The position numbers were made by a program, and so were the translations under genes. From Octopus sinensis (taxonomy: Eukaryota), in assembly GCF_006345805.1 (NCBI RefSeq), contig NC_043003.1:22072001-22136000 (forward strand): a stretch of 64,000 nucleotides of DNA, written 5' to 3'. The notes beneath the pieces are model-generated. The model was not told where the DNA came from, did not search any database, and saw only the letters and a program-made list of their open reading frames with translations. Every line of letters starts with the position of its first letter. The stretch's first letter is position 1. Of the stretch, positions 62,216 to 64,000 are shown piece after piece.

Positions 62216-62458
62216 AAACAAATAAAGCTTTATTAGAATCATTAGAACACTTCCACATAGGCTCTATTGGTTGCATGCAACACATCTAGATGGCAAATTG
62301 TGGAAGTTGTAAAGATAATTTACGCCATTCATCATCATTGTTTAACGTCTGCTTTCCATGCTGACATGGGTTGGACGGTTTGACTGTATATATATATATA
62401 CATACATACATTCATACATACATACATACATACATACATACATACATACATACATACA

Positions 62459-62490
<32 letters not shown>

Positions 62491-64000
62491 GATAGATAGA
62501 TAGATAGATAGATAGGGAGAGAGAGAGAGATGTGTGTGTTTGTGATTGCCCCCTGCCCCTTACCAATGCTTGACACTTTCCGTAACTTATTGTTTCAGCA
62601 AAAGGGATTAATATAATTAATATCAAGCTTACAAATAAGCTCTGGGATTGATTTGTTTGGCTAAAACCCTTCAAGGCAGTGCCCCAGCATGGCCACAATC
62701 CAATGACAAAAACATGAAACACACTCACACACACACACACACATATATATTATCATCATCATTGTTCAACATCACTTAATGCTAAGCAATATCGCATTGT
62801 AGATCCAGATGACACAACCAAACAATGTAATACAGTATAAGAATGTTGATATGACCCCTACTGATGCAATCCAGCAATGTAACCTACTTAGTTATATAAC
62901 CAACTAACATAATGGAACAAGGCAAGATGGTGTATAACAACAATGTGAGCTGCTGATTTCACTAAGGGACATAACCATGTAATATAATGTTGCCAAGCAA
63001 TGTCACCAAGTTACATGATTAACTGTAAGTGACCATGTGGAGTAAAACGATGTCAGCTGGGAATTTATTCAAGTGATATGATATGGTTCATTCATGTAAT
63101 TTAATCTGTTGCTTTAACTGTGTAGTTAACCAAGTAATTTCAGCAATTACTTAACCATTCTGTTACTATGGTTCTGTTGAAATATACTATAATTGCATCA
63201 GTTATTTTTGAGAATAATGAAGAATTTGAGTGAATAACTTTGTCTAAACATCTGCTTAAATGCTGGTGTTTGTAACATCATCATCCAATGTTTTAAATCT
63301 AGGTTTTGTCCCTGTTGACGGGGGTGGCTGGATCTACATCAATGCCATAGCAACTGGGTAGGCAGGTGCAGCCCACCCCAACCATTGGGCTGGCTGGTGC
63401 CCATTTTCCCTTGCTATCATGAAGCTTTTTTGGAGCTGGATTTTCTACAGGGGGCATGCCCTTGCTTACCCCCAACGTCAGTTTCTAGACATGAGTGGTC
63501 CCGAGACCAAGGCCTCTACCACGATTTTTATGAAATGTGGTGGAAAACTAGCTCAGGAAGGCAGGGATGCTACTCCCTGAAACCGCTTTCGGAGCCCCAC
63601 CCCCTACATAAATTAACATAAATTAACATGAAATTTTTATGGAAGACTCTATTTTAGATTTCGTTAAAGCTGGAAGTTTTTTTTATCATAGAATCTGGGA
63701 AAATCTTGAACAGATTAGTATCAAAAGGTTTTAATGATTTGAGCTCAAATGCTGGCAATTCATTGGTTAAAATTCGAAGAATTAAATTACGTTAAACTTA
63801 CAAATTACAAATTTATCAAAAAAGCCAAGTGAAAATAATGTTTTCTTTTGACGCATTCTACCAGTATACGAAGTTTCAAATTGTTTAGTTAACTAGAAAT
63901 TGTGTTGAATTCCGTCCATCAAAAGGAAAAGATCCAAACAATGTAATTAATCAAGCGATTTAAGCAATTAATTAACCATTTTGTTATCATATTTCTGTTG

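Noticed and set aside
62760-63130. Loose recurrence of CAATGT at roughly 30-60-bp spacing
   Set aside because: No consistent period or unit could be defined by eye.

Overview
AT-rich, microsatellite-dense eukaryotic genomic DNA. The repeat families and gene style point to an octopus or other coleoid cephalopod; this is an inference, not a database match. Bases 1-33.8 kb hold the 3' eight coding exons of an Additional sex combs (Asx/ASXL) ortholog on the + strand: 853-1233, 14040-14413, 22644-22757, 24238-24338, 25430-25503, 26990-27066, 28201-28232 and 29669-33794. All junctions are GT-AG and phase-compatible. The protein has a complete DEUBAD/ASXH domain ([22 protein letters not shown]...NNEFF...W) and a C-terminal ASXL-type PHD finger; the 5' exons lie upstream of the window. 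Introns and downstream DNA are packed with mobile elements: at least four SINE-like families, a small Helitron with both termini, an internally deleted Ty3/Gypsy LTR element, Tc1/mariner relics, Penelope-like relics, two RLE-type non-LTR 3' ends, a CR1 3' end, and hAT-, Tigger- and piggyBac-like MITEs. No second protein-coding host gene, no true tRNA/rRNA gene and no CRISPR array could be supported. The most unusual observations are a 13-bp variant-unit minisatellite with an 8-unit higher-order grammar, covarying double-hairpin tandem units inside one SINE family, long foldback palindromes, a 217-bp segment duplicated between two Asx introns, and inverted SINEs bracketing the DEUBAD exons. I did not find a clear-cut novel multi-gene system.
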